Assembly (NCBI RefSeq): GCF_001194135.2
Contig: NC_068994.1
Coordinates: 5,135,455 to 5,168,069, forward strand
Direction: 5' to 3'
From: Octopus bimaculoides
Lineage: Eukaryota
DNA length: 32,615 nucleotides
Positions 1 through 10,863 of the stretch are shown here, one piece after another. Every line of letters begins with the position of its first letter. The first letter of the stretch is position 1. Position numbers and translations under genes: made by a program. Under the pieces are notes generated by a model. It was given only the letters and a program-made list of their open reading frames with translations, did not search any database and had not been told where the DNA came from.

Positions 1-86
1 TATATGTATATATATATATATATGTATATATATAAATATATATATATATATGTATATATATTTATATATGTATATATATATAAATG

Positions 87-139
<53 letters not shown>

Positions 140-378
140 ATCCCGAGCGTCATACTAATACATCCTTTTGTTATTTACACCACCTGTCCTCGTCTGTTGT
201 TGTTTTTTTGTATATTCTCCCATATATATTATATATGTATATATATATATATATGTATATATACACACACACACACATATATATATTTACACACGCATAT
301 ATATATATTTATACATACATGCATATACATATATACACACACCTACCTACCTACATACACACACACACACACACACAC
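1..378. repeat. (TA)n/(CA)n microsatellite complex
   Basis: Direct reading; source of the Y/I/H/T-rich ORFs. Confidence 0.95.
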
Positions 379-811
379 GTCAACCTACGCTCTTAAAAAG
401 GATATGATATTGGATACCTTGATCCTAGTTTTACGCTGTCTAAAAATGCCTGAGTGTCACGGTTGGAAAGCTATGGACCATGTCCATTGGATCAGATTTG
501 ATCTGAAAGTAACCCTACCAACAACAACTGCACTTCACCATGTCCACTAAATTCCACTGTACAACACTGTATCATCACTCCTGTATAACAGTACCCCATC
601 AGTATTCCACATCTCCGGTATACCAGAAATCAAACAGGGGACCTAGCTGACACGGGCCTACGCGTCTCAAGGCCAACCCACCTCATATTTTATTTAAATG
701 CTCTGAAGTATATTGTTGTAGTAATTAAACAAATAATATTTTAAGTGGTTTATTAAATGGCACATAATTAAAACCATGCAGTCGATACAATGATATTACG
801 CACACGTGAAA

Positions 812-985
812 AGGAAGCACGTGGCCTCGTGGTTACACTGTTGCATTCACGATCGAAGGATCGAGGTTTCGATTAGCGGGCCGTTGTGTTCTTGAGTAAA
901 ACACTTCACTTCACGTTGCTCCGGTTCACTCGACTGTATAATGAGTAAACCGGCGATTGACTGGCGTCCCTTTCAGGGAGATCGT
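812..985 (+). mobile_element. SINE family C copy
   Basis: gtggcctcgtggtta head, gtttcgatt B-box-like, ttgagtaaaacacttcacttcacgttgctcc core. Confidence 0.7.
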
Positions 986-1060
986 TGTGATTTCAGTTAG
1001 AAGCGTTGTCACATCACCGAATACTGAGTTTTTGGATTGGTAATTATATATTCTAGTCAA

Positions 1061-1271
1061 GGCGGCGAGCTGGCAGAAACGTTAGCACACCGGGCGAAAT
1101 GCTTAGCGGTATTTCGTGTGCCGTTACGTTCTGAGTTCAAATTCCGCCGAGGTCGAATTTGCCTTTCATCCTTTCGGGGTCGATAAATTAAGTACCAGTT
1201 GCGTACTGAAGTCGATCTAATCGACTGGACCTTACCCAAAAATTTCGGATCTTGTGCTTAGAGTAGAAAAC
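1061..1271 (+). mobile_element. tRNA-derived SINE (family A) with 18-bp target-site duplication
   Basis: A-box-like tggcagaaacg and B-box gagttcaaattcc. Direct repeat attatatattct(a/c)gtcaa at 1043-1060 and 1272-1289 (one mismatch). Confidence 0.88.
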
Positions 1272-1551
1272 ATTATATATTCTCGTCAATATTAGACAAC
1301 ACCTCCAACGCTTTAATCTCTGGAAGCCAGGTAAACGACCCTACGAGTTCTATGCTTTCAAATTCTGTGAGACCTGGTGTAACTTTTTAACGCGAGGTCT
1401 CCAAGTTTTTTATAAGTTAGGGCCTCACCAAGACTAAATTCCATACAGGTCGATCATATTGCTTTCAGTACTTGACTGCTAAAGAGATAAGGTGCGATCT
1501 GACTGCAATTTCTAGCATCATCCATTGTCTCATATTACGAGTGTGTATGTG

Positions 1552-2170
1552 TCATCATTCAGTTTATTTCAAGATTTCTTGCCAACAGAGAAAGAGCTGG
1601 TTTCTAACCTAGATCCAAGCCTCCTTCATTGCAATTACAGCATCAATAGAGTATTTTGCATGTATGTGTGTATATGCTCAGTATGCTTTGTTTTATGCAT
1701 GTATTTTCATGCATTATAGCTGCATGTCGACATGCGCATATATACTTAAATGATAAACTTCTGGAAAAGCTTTACAAAATTTTCACAGTTCCAGTGATGG
1801 CTTGGATCTGTAGTCTTCGAATCAGCTTTCTCTTTCCTGGTTTTGAGAAGCCCTATTTCTCAAGATTGGTACTTGGGCAATGTGTAAGATATCCCAGTAC
1901 CCCAATAATTATAGGTATAAAACTGAACTTGTAATCCGGGTAGAGTAACTCAATAGCTCAGCGTCGGTCTTTTCTTTTCCGCTGATCTTTAGCTTTATGT
2001 TAACATCTGCTGGGCAGCTGATTTCCACAACTGTACACAGTTTCTCTTCCTTGTCTCAAACCACTATGACTGCTCTATTATGTCTACATTTACATTTTCA
2101 CTGAGACATTCCACCAGTAATTCTTATTATGAGTGGCTATGGCCTCTGCCACACTGAGGATTATTCTTTG
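1552..2170 (-). mobile_element. Decayed 3' end of a non-LTR retrotransposon with restriction-like endonuclease (R4/Dong-like)
   Basis: Minus-strand translation with stops and frameshifts: YWWNVSVK...HNRAVIVV*DKEEKLCTVVEISCPADVNI...FIPIIIGVLGY...LEK*GFSKP...LIRRLQIQAITGTVKI; ancestral stop near 1746-1748. Resembles the HN(R/K)PD-IV...P and IP+++GALG...Q..A+.GT pattern of REL domains. About 200 bp of 3' UTR follows. Confidence 0.7.
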
Positions 2171-2200
2171 GCTACGTATGTATATACATGTGCGTACGTA

Positions 2201-2231
<31 letters not shown>

Positions 2232-2260
2232 ATGTATGTATGTATGTATGTATGTATGTA

Positions 2261-2628
2261 GTGGAGGCGCAATGGTTCAGTGGTTAGGGCAGCGGACTCG
2301 CGGTTTCGATTCCCAGACCGGGCATTGTGAGTGTTTATTGAGCGAAAACACCTAAAGCTCCATGAGGCTCCGGCAGGGGATGGTGGTGAACCCTGCTGTA
2401 CTGTTCCACCACAACTTTCTCTCACTCTTACTTCCTGTTTCTGTTGTACTTGTAATTCAAAGGGGCCAGCCTTGTCACACTGTGTCACGCTGAATCTCCC
2501 CGAGAACTACGTTAAGGGTACACGTGTCTGTGGAGTGCTCAGCCACTTGCACGTTAATTTCACGAGCAGGCTGTTCCGTTGATCGGATCAACTGGAACCC
2601 TCGTCGTCGTAACCGACGGAGTGCCAAC
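2261..2628 (+). mobile_element. tRNA-derived SINE inserted in a (TATG)n tract
   Basis: A-box tggttcagtggtta, B-box-like ggtttcgattcc, TATG repeats on both sides. A degenerate reverse copy of its 3' body (gagtggctga..ccacagacac.tgtac) is at ~12580-12660. Confidence 0.8.
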
Positions 2629-3059
2629 CATGTATGTATGTATGTATGCATGGGTGGATGGATGGATGGATGGACGGAGGAAGGGATGATTCTCTGGAGT
2701 TTATTTTAAGTTTTATTTTCTTATTTGTAGAATTCAAACCGGTTACAAAGTGGTAAGACTCTTTTGTTCAAGTCACGACAGCTTTTATGATTTGTGGTTA
2801 CCTGAATTGGTTGACTATGCAGATATATATGTGCGTGTGGGTGTGCGTGTGGGTGGGTAGGTGGGGGGTTAATTTGTATTCTTGGGTGTGTGTATCACGG
2901 CAGAACACAGGTCTGAATGTTTCGTTACTGGTTATGGCCTCATGCTCAAGTGTATTCGGTATTGATATGTGATTATGCGCAAATATTCATTCAGGAATCA
3001 CAAACAGAGAATCCTCGAAATGTTTCCCAAATTGTCTCTGTTCCTCTGGTCTAGTGGTT

Positions 3060-3262
3060 CTCACTAAAGATCATTTAAAGAATTCATCAGCTCCAGAACT
3101 CCAGATTTTTATGTTACCGGAATAAACAAACTTGTAACTCATTGGCAAAAATGTATTGATTGTAATGGTACTTACTTAGCTGAATAAAATTTCCGCATTG
3201 TTGAAAAATATAGTGATGAATTTCATGTTTCAAAACGTTGATTACTTTTTACTCGCCCTGGC
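3060..3262 (+). mobile_element. Mariner transposase C-terminal remnant plus degenerate 3' TIR (Hsmar1/cecropia-like)
   Basis: 3074-3187 translates FKEFISSRTPDFYVTGINKLVTHWQKCIDCNGTYLAE*, very similar to the Hsmar1/SETMAR C-terminus as recalled (EFVESRSTDFYATGINKLISRWQKCVDCNGSYF). Followed by aaaacgttgattacttttt..., resembling a mariner 3' TIR. Confidence 0.8.
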
Positions 3263-3284
3263 ATATGAAATGTCAACGAGGTAG

Positions 3285-3480
3285 GCTTTACGTAGTTGTT
3301 CGACCCATTAGAAATAGCAGCCAAATCTTCTTCAAATTACTCCTTACTCTCTTAAAAGGAAAAGGACACATTACATAATATTGTCCCGCGTAATCATGAA
3401 ATGATGTACTGGTCACGTTTGGAATGCCCGTGAACATGAAAGCCTCTATCATCCACAACTGTGCTAACCTGGAGCTAACA
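3285..3480 (-). mobile_element. Dispersed repeat family D copy (core gatttggctgctatttct; orientation arbitrary)
   Basis: tagaaatagcagccaaatc...ggacacatt is the reverse complement of copies at ~21405-21612, ~27470-27578, ~30975-31205 and ~31770-31925. A same-orientation copy is at ~25630-25830. Confidence 0.7.
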
Positions 3481-4049
3481 AACATGCATGCATACATTCA
3501 TACATCCACACACATACATACATACGTATAAATACATATATATGTATACACATACACACACACATATAAGCATACATACATACATACATACATACAAACA
3601 AACAAAGATACCCCGTCCCAAGAGGCATACCATTGTCGCTTAGACAGTCTACAATGTTATACGCAGTAGGGATTGTCGAAAGGCACGCCTGAGCTAGAAA
3701 ATATCCACACCTTTAAAAACGGAAAATACTGCTAAAACATTACAATAACAGCAACAGTCCAATGTAAACACTAAAGACCAGATATAATTCGTATGCACCG
3801 TTGCAAAGATAAGCTGTCGAACGGATGCGAATATCTCGTGAAAAGCTGCGTAAAAGAAGAATATCTACAGAGAACTAACGAGAATCCTACAGCTGTTATT
3901 TCCAGGCTATAGATTTTCATTTGTTTCTCTTATCACAGATGCACTCGACTATGTAATAACAAATCGGCAGAGAAACCTAGAAATGCTTGAGTTCTGCAAA
4001 AAAGAGCAGAGCAGACTGATTCCCATTCTCGAGAGACATTCGATTAGAG

Positions 4050-4190
4050 TAGTGGGTCTCAACCATTTTTTTCTTTACCTATAGATCCCGTTGGTTCCTT
4101 TTTTTATGTGGATGGACCCACGTAGCCATTCAAGGTTTTAACAATTCTGTTTATATTTCTATGATTAAAATACTGTTGGGAACCGTATTT
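4050..4190 (+). mobile_element. hAT/Charlie-like element left end (fragment)
   Basis: Begins tagtgggtctcaacc, resembling the CAGTGGTTCTCAA(C/A) terminus of Charlie-type hAT elements. The other end was not found. Confidence 0.4.
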
Positions 4191-4191
4191 A

Positions 4192-4586
4192 TCTTTTATC
4201 TTTTACGTGTTTCAGTTAGTTATCTGACTGCGGCCNNNNNNNNNNNNNNNNNNNNNNNNNNNNNNNNNNNNNNNNNNNNNNNNNNNNNNNNNNNNNNNNN
4301 NNNNNNNNNNNNNNNNNNNNNNNNNNNNNNNNNNNNNNNNNNNNNNNNNNNNNNNNNNNNNNNNNNNNNNNNNNNNNNNNNNNNNNNNNNNNNNNNNNNN
4401 NNNNNNNNNNNNNNTATATATATATATATATATATATATGATGGACTTCTTTCAGTTTCCATCTACCAAATCCATTAAGGCTTTGGTCGGCACATGGCTA
4501 TAGTAGAAGACACTGTGTCATGCAGTGGGACTGAACCCTAAACCATGTGGTTGAGAAGCAAGCTTCTTACCACACAACCACGCCTG
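4192..4586 (-). mobile_element. SINE family B copy, spanning an assembly gap
   Basis: Both flanks of gap 4236-4414 are reverse complements of the 3' tail and 5' head of the 7832-8258 element. Confidence 0.8.
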
Positions 4587-4977
4587 AAGAAGCATAACCA
4601 TTTAATTGCAGATAAATTTTAACAACAATGATCTTTAATTGACCGTCATCGATAACAGATGGGTGTCCATTACGTTCACGATCTTTAAAGGAAATTTCCA
4701 GCAGGCCGAGAAACCACATGAAAACCTCTCAATGGCACCAGCTGTGTGTGTGTGAGTGATGACATTTATAGTAGCCAGGTCTTCCTTCAAGGCATCTCCT
4801 CTGCTCTCTCTCAATCCATGATTTTCCGATTCCTACATCATTTAACTTTTCACAGCTCAGGAATATATTAACCAGTCACGTGTTGGAATGATTCAGATAA
4901 CTTTGTTCAGTGATTCCATTACACCTTGAAAACAAAGACATACATACATACATGCCAAAGCCCTTGTTGGAATGTTG

Positions 4978-5106
4978 TTTTTCACGTACCACCGGCACAA
5001 GTGCCAGTAAGGCGATGCTGGTAACGATCATGCTCGAATGGTGCGTTTTACGTGCCACCGGCACAGGGGCCAGTCAGCGGCCCTGGCATCGATCACGCTC
5101 GGATGC
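4978..5106 (+). repeat. Two-copy ~66-bp tandem repeat (acgt.ccaccggcac...gccagt...ctgg...cgatca.gctcg.atg)
   Basis: Units start at ~4983 and ~5049 and are GC-rich relative to the flanks; probably part of a TE. Confidence 0.7.
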
Positions 5107-5667
5107 TGATCTTAGCGCTCCACTAACACGGATGCCAGCCAGTTATGTGGTTCTGTCATCGAAGCACCCCTTCGGCCATGAATGACCATAAATTGAAAGG
5201 CACCCTCTGAGGCACAAGTCTTTGCAAGGTATTTGTGGAAGACCAGCAGTCAGCCGTGCATACCAGCCTCCTCTCTCTCTTTGCCACAGATGTTGTCCCA
5301 GAGAAAGTGAAAGGCCAATGCAGCTTAGCATCATTGATGTCAGGACTCAATTCTACATCTGAGTGAACCACAGCAATGTGAAATAAAATGTCTTGGTCTG
5401 GGAATCGAACTCACAATCTTATGATTGAAAACCTAACACTCTCACCACTGAACTATGTGCCCTCATACACACACACACACACACTTACACATATACATGG
5501 GTGTGTGCATGTGTATATGTAAATAGTAAGTCTATCTACAATAGTGTATATACAACAATGTTTTTGTTTGTTTACATGTATACATAGATACCATTGACTG
5601 TTTTAAATTTCTATATACATATGCATCTATGTACACATGTATGTGTATATATATACATACTTATGCA

Positions 5668-5726
<59 letters not shown>

Positions 5727-6551
5727 NNNNNNNNNNNNNNNNNNNNNNNNNNNNNNNNNNNNNNNNNNNNNNNNNNNNNNNNNNNNNNNNNNNNNNNNNN
5801 NNNNNNNNNNNNNNNNNNNNNNNNNNNNNNNNNNNNNNNNNNNNNNNNNNNNNNNNNNNNNNNNNNNNNNNNNNNNNNNNNNNNNNNNNNNNNNNNNNNN
5901 NNNNNNNNNNNNNNNNNNNNNNNNNNNNNNNNNNNNNNNNNNNNNNNNNNNNNNNNNNNNNNNNNNNNNNNNNNNNNNNNNNNNNNNNNNNNNNNNNNNN
6001 NNNNNNNNNNNNNNNNNNNNNNNNNNNNNNNNNNNNNNNNNNNNNNNNNNNNNNNNNNNNNNNNNNNNNNNNNNNNNNNNNNNNNNNNNNNNNNNNNNNN
6101 NNNNNNNNNNNNNNNNNNNNNNNNNNNNNNNNNNNNNNNNNNNNNNNNNNNNNNNNNNNNNNNNNNNNNNNNNNNNNNNNNNNNNNNNNNNNNNNNNNNN
6201 NNNNNNNNNNNNNNNNNNNNNNNNNNNNNNNNNNNNNNNNNNNNNNNNNNNNNNNNNNNNNNNNNNNNNNNNNNNNNNNNNNNNNNNNNNNNNNNNNNNN
6301 NNNNNNNNNNNNNNNNNNNNNNNNNNNNNNNNNNNNNNNNNNNNNNNNNNNNNNNNNNNNNNNNNNNNNNNNNNNNNNNNNNNNNNNNNNNNNNNNNNNN
6401 NNNNNNNNNNNNNNNNNNNNNNNNNNNNNNNNNNNNNNNNNNNNNNNNNNNNNNNNNNNNNNNNNNNNNNNNNNNNNNNNNNNNNNNNNNNNNNNNNNNN
6501 NNNNNNNNNNNNNNNNNNNNNNNNNNNNNNNNNNNNNNNNNNNNNNNNNNN
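5727..6551. other. Assembly gap (825 N); other gaps at 4236-4414, 10073-10813, 11388-11794, 17474-17855
   Basis: N runs, four of the five bordered by microsatellite on at least one side. Confidence 1.
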
Positions 6552-6819
6552 TATATATATATATATATGAAAATTGAATAAGGAGATGAGCACTTAGGAT
6601 ATTGTTAAACCAAAAATGTCTGACAGGATAAATTATGGTCAGCAAGGCATCAGTCTAATCAGGAAGAATATAAATAGCAAACTCATCAAACAGACATGTT
6701 AACGGAACTAGAAAGTCCTATAAAATGTAACGTATTTATATTGATATGCACACACTCAAATATGTGACATGTAAATATAAACATTATATACATCCAAAAA
6801 AAACACAAACCTATCCAAA

Positions 6820-7590
6820 CACATATACATACGCACACATTAATATGCATACACATACACATAAATATAAATATATAAATATATACACATATTTATTTTA
6901 TGTACAAACATATACATAAATATATACATATATACATACACACAACCACACATACATATATATTCAAATACATACATACATATGAAGTGTTTGTTTGTTT
7001 GGCTATATTCTGATAAGAGATAAATGTATAAAATATATCTCTCTCTCTACACGTACAAATATATGTAAATATATATAGCAGCTGTGAGATCAACATGCTA
7101 GTATGTAACCATAACTATCTGTTAATATTCAACATACATATGCATTGACATGTATTGGAAAACTAAATAGAATAAACACATATATCCATACAGACACACA
7201 CACTTCACTCACGTTTATGAATGCAAAGATATGCAAATACACATGCTCATTCACATATGTACACACACACACACACATGTATGCACATGTAAAAATACAA
7301 GCACATACCAGCAGAAATATGTATAAATGCACATACACACGTGTGTACAAGTACAGATGTGTGCGTATATAAATGTGTTAATACTCGTACATACATGTAG
7401 AAATATCTACATGTGTAAATACATACATGTATGAACACAAATACACATACACATATATACATGTGTAAATACATAGACGCCCACATACAGACATGTATAC
7501 TTATATACACATACAAATATATACCATGTACACACACATATACATGTAGAGCTACGCACATACATACAAGCACATGCATGTACACATATA
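6820..7590. repeat. Degenerate TA/CA low-complexity tract
   Basis: Direct reading. Confidence 0.85.
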
Positions 7591-7612
7591 CAGTAATCCC
7601 TTGCCATATTAC

Positions 7613-7724
7613 GGTTCACCTGTCTTGGTTCACCTGTCTTGGTTCACCTGTCTTGGTTCACCTGTCTTGGTTCACCTGTCTTGGTTCACCTGTCATGAAT
7701 CACCTGTACCAGTTCACCTATCAC
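7613..7724 (+). repeat. 14-bp minisatellite (GGTTCACCTGTCTT)
   Basis: Five perfect units from 7613, then three degenerate units (ggttcacctgtcat, gaatcacctgtacc, agttcacctatcac). No spacers. Confidence 0.95.
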
Positions 7725-7831
7725 AGTTTATTATTTAAGCTTATGTCAATTTCTCTGTTGTGCTGTTTTGCATTTATAATAAAATAAATATACACAAATT
7801 ATAAAAATAATTAAAAAATATACAGTATTAT

Positions 7832-8008
7832 AGGCATAGGAGTGGCTGTATGGTAAGTAGCTTGCTTACGAACCACATGGTCCCGTGTTCAGTCCCACTG
7901 TGTGGCAACTTGGGCAAGTGTCTTCTATTATAGCCTTGGGATGACCAAAGCCTTGTGAGTGGATTTGGTAGATGGAAACTGAAAGAAGCCTGTCATATAT
8001 ATGTATGC

Positions 8009-8056
<48 letters not shown>

Positions 8057-8258
8057 TTGTCAGTGTTTCTTCCCCCAACATTGCTTGACAACCGATGCTG
8101 GTGTGTTTACATCCCCGTAACTTAGCGGTTCGGCAAAAGAGACTGATAGAATAAGTACTAGGTTTACAAAGAATAAGTCCTGGGGTCGATTTGCTCAACT
8201 AAAAGGCAGTGCTCCAGCATGGCCACAGTCAAAATGACTGAAACAAGAGTAAAGAGAG
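7832..8258 (+). mobile_element. Full-length tRNA-derived SINE (family B) with internal (TA)n(TG)n microsatellite
   Basis: A-box-like tggctgtatggtaag, B-box-like gttcagtccc, internal microsatellite at ~7995-8055, tail gactgaaacaagagtaaagag. A reverse-orientation copy lies at 4192-4586. Confidence 0.85.
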
Positions 8259-8634
8259 TGCTGTTTCTTTTTCGCAGATGTTCACCCATTGTGAGGTGTT
8301 TTGGAATGTAACACCCACTAGTCGAGGAATCACTGTATGCATGTGTAAATGCACTTGCACATGTGCATGTACACACATATGCATACAAATGTGCATAAAC
8401 ATACAAATACATCTATGTACATTTGTAGACAAGTATAAAAATGAATTAAAAACAAAACAAGGAACAAAACAACAACAACAACAAAAAAAAACCATTGTAT
8501 CTTCTGCTAAACAGACTTAAATTTATTCTTGCAGAACTTCAAACATCTTCACTGGCAACCGACCAATCTGCCATCATCCTAAATATTTCCATCTCAACTG
8601 ACCAAGTCTACTACCAACCCACTAAATAACAGAC

Positions 8635-9141
8635 ATGGCTGACCAAATTCCAAGACCCAAAATCAGTGATGGTTATTTGGGAATGCAAGCGAAATTCAAT
8701 GAAATTGGTTTGTCAACTTTATCCCATGAAGACCCTCTTCTGGAATTGAATGGAAATGCCATAGAAATTATCATTGGATACAACCAACCTACCCGATTCA
8801 CGACCAAACTATTGTTGTGTAATTCCGGCGGTCAGGACAATCCAAACTTTGTTATGGTGAATAACCTCCAGGGCCGTATGTGTTATACGATCACTGTGCC
8901 ACAGATAGGCTACTACAAGTTTCAAATCTATGCCTTGCCAACCTGTGAGGCTGGTCCGAACATGGTGAATGTTTTTAATTATGTGCTCTTCTTCAAGGAA
9001 ATCACTGATGAGTTCAGACCTTTCCCTAAACAGTATCCACCATGGAAAAATGGCTGCTACATGTGGGAACCACGTGGCATACCACATGGCTGTAGGGCAC
9101 CTGGTGTACCATTTAAGGTACATTTACCAAATGCTCAACAG
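8635..9141 (+). CDS. Short hillarin/KY C-terminal-repeat paralog, first recognisable coding exon (169 codons)
   Basis: ORF 8635..9165 up to the donor CAG|GTAAGA at 9141/9142. Shares GYLG.Q.KF.E.GL.T.SH, G..K.Q.YALP, PFPKQY..WK.GCYMW.P and FKV..P.A with the C-terminus of the minus-strand protein. ATG context gacATGG; an AG at 8631-8632 could alternatively be a phase-1 acceptor. Confidence 0.88.
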
Positions 9142-9965
9142 GTAAGATGTCATTGTCATTATTGATATGTTTTTCTAGCTTATTAGACTTAATTTTTGAA
9201 GCCTTTCCACCAAAAACTGGTGCTATTGGCTACTGTCAAAGCACCTTTAGGTAGGACCCTCTGAAAGAATTTTTGAAAGTCAGAAGAAGACTGTTTTCAG
9301 AGCCCTGGGGAGTGTGCTGGAAGGTTCTTTTCAAAGTTCAAGGCAACTGAGTTCTCTCTCTCTCTCTCTCTCTGAAGGGTATGCAGCAGCTACATCCTGA
9401 CACTCCACCCTCCCTAGCTCTCTCTGGGCCCTTGATTGGTGCACTGACTGAACCCACCTCTTCTTAGAGGCCTTTTATATAGACCCATGTCTTCGTGGAA
9501 AACATGAGTATGGAAAAAACTGAGTGACTCGTTTTCATCCTTATAACAGACAGTGAAGGGTTGGTTAGTTGTTGTTGCTGTTACTGGTGGTGTTGTTCAA
9601 CCACAAATCAGTTCCAGATTAACAAAATTATGACGAAAGACATTTCAACCATGACCATCTCATCTTTTTGTTAACGACTCAGTGAGAGGAGGCAAGGCTG
9701 CATCCATGAGTGTCTTCAGAGTCCCCAAGACTGGTTCTCCACAAACCAGTGACTTTGTCCATAAACTCCCAACAGAGTGGACCCTACTAAAAGCATCCCA
9801 GGACCAGCTGGTTGTGACAAACTGAATAGTGTATTTAGCCTAGACTACTTTAGCCTTTCCTGTTCCTTTAACATGTTAAGGTTTAATTTGTGGAAAATTT
9901 GGCTACTATTTCTAGTACGATTAGCAACCAAGTAGAGGAACCTCCACACCAATAACTTGTGTTGT

Positions 9966-10040
9966 GATGGTGGTGGTGGTGGTGGTGGTAGTGGTGGTAA
10001 AGGTAGTAGTAGTAGTAGTGGTAGTAGTGGTGGTGGTGGA
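9966..10040. repeat. (GGT)n/(AGT)n trinucleotide microsatellite
   Basis: Direct reading; intronic in the plus-strand gene. Confidence 0.9.
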
Positions 10041-10813
10041 TGTGTTAACCCCAGCAGCAGTGTGTTTGCAGGNNNNNNNNNNNNNNNNNNNNNNNNNNNN
10101 NNNNNNNNNNNNNNNNNNNNNNNNNNNNNNNNNNNNNNNNNNNNNNNNNNNNNNNNNNNNNNNNNNNNNNNNNNNNNNNNNNNNNNNNNNNNNNNNNNNN
10201 NNNNNNNNNNNNNNNNNNNNNNNNNNNNNNNNNNNNNNNNNNNNNNNNNNNNNNNNNNNNNNNNNNNNNNNNNNNNNNNNNNNNNNNNNNNNNNNNNNNN
10301 NNNNNNNNNNNNNNNNNNNNNNNNNNNNNNNNNNNNNNNNNNNNNNNNNNNNNNNNNNNNNNNNNNNNNNNNNNNNNNNNNNNNNNNNNNNNNNNNNNNN
10401 NNNNNNNNNNNNNNNNNNNNNNNNNNNNNNNNNNNNNNNNNNNNNNNNNNNNNNNNNNNNNNNNNNNNNNNNNNNNNNNNNNNNNNNNNNNNNNNNNNNN
10501 NNNNNNNNNNNNNNNNNNNNNNNNNNNNNNNNNNNNNNNNNNNNNNNNNNNNNNNNNNNNNNNNNNNNNNNNNNNNNNNNNNNNNNNNNNNNNNNNNNNN
10601 NNNNNNNNNNNNNNNNNNNNNNNNNNNNNNNNNNNNNNNNNNNNNNNNNNNNNNNNNNNNNNNNNNNNNNNNNNNNNNNNNNNNNNNNNNNNNNNNNNNN
10701 NNNNNNNNNNNNNNNNNNNNNNNNNNNNNNNNNNNNNNNNNNNNNNNNNNNNNNNNNNNNNNNNNNNNNNNNNNNNNNNNNNNNNNNNNNNNNNNNNNNN
10801 NNNNNNNNNNNNN

Positions 10814-10863
<50 letters not shown>

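Larger units (their letters stand above)
7591..8335 (+). mobile_element. Tigger/pogo-like non-autonomous DNA transposon, interrupted by a SINE and containing a minisatellite
   Basis: TA|CAGTAATCCCTTG at 7591 and CGAGGAATCACTG|TA ending at 8335: 13-bp TIRs matching 10/13 (all three differences are transitions), with TA on both flanks. Confidence 0.7.

Noticed and set aside
1-550. Long Y/I/H/T/C/V-rich ORFs (also near 7100-7620, 12035-12570 and 30501-30850)
   Set aside because: Translations of TA/CA/TG microsatellites, which lack stops; no coding signal.
1061-1150. tRNA-like A/B boxes as tRNA genes (also at 2261, 7832, 16394)
   Set aside because: No complete cloverleaf evident and each continues into a repeated non-tRNA body; these are SINE heads.
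5594-6645. 300+ aa ORFs (also 9845-10957, 11338-11991, 17394-17862, 4161-4478)
   Set aside because: Artefacts of reading through N gaps.
7613-7724. Regular 14-bp repeat array as a possible CRISPR
   Set aside because: No spacers, unit too short, eukaryotic context; it is a simple minisatellite.
9270-9540. TATAAAAG (minus, 9479-9472) and a CCAAT motif suggesting a solo LTR or internal promoter
   Set aside because: No TG...CA boundaries, TSD or second copy identified; the motifs alone are insufficient.
9957-10072. Gly/Ser-rich or Pro-rich peptide
   Set aside because: GGT/AGT microsatellite in an intron; no supported splice sites.
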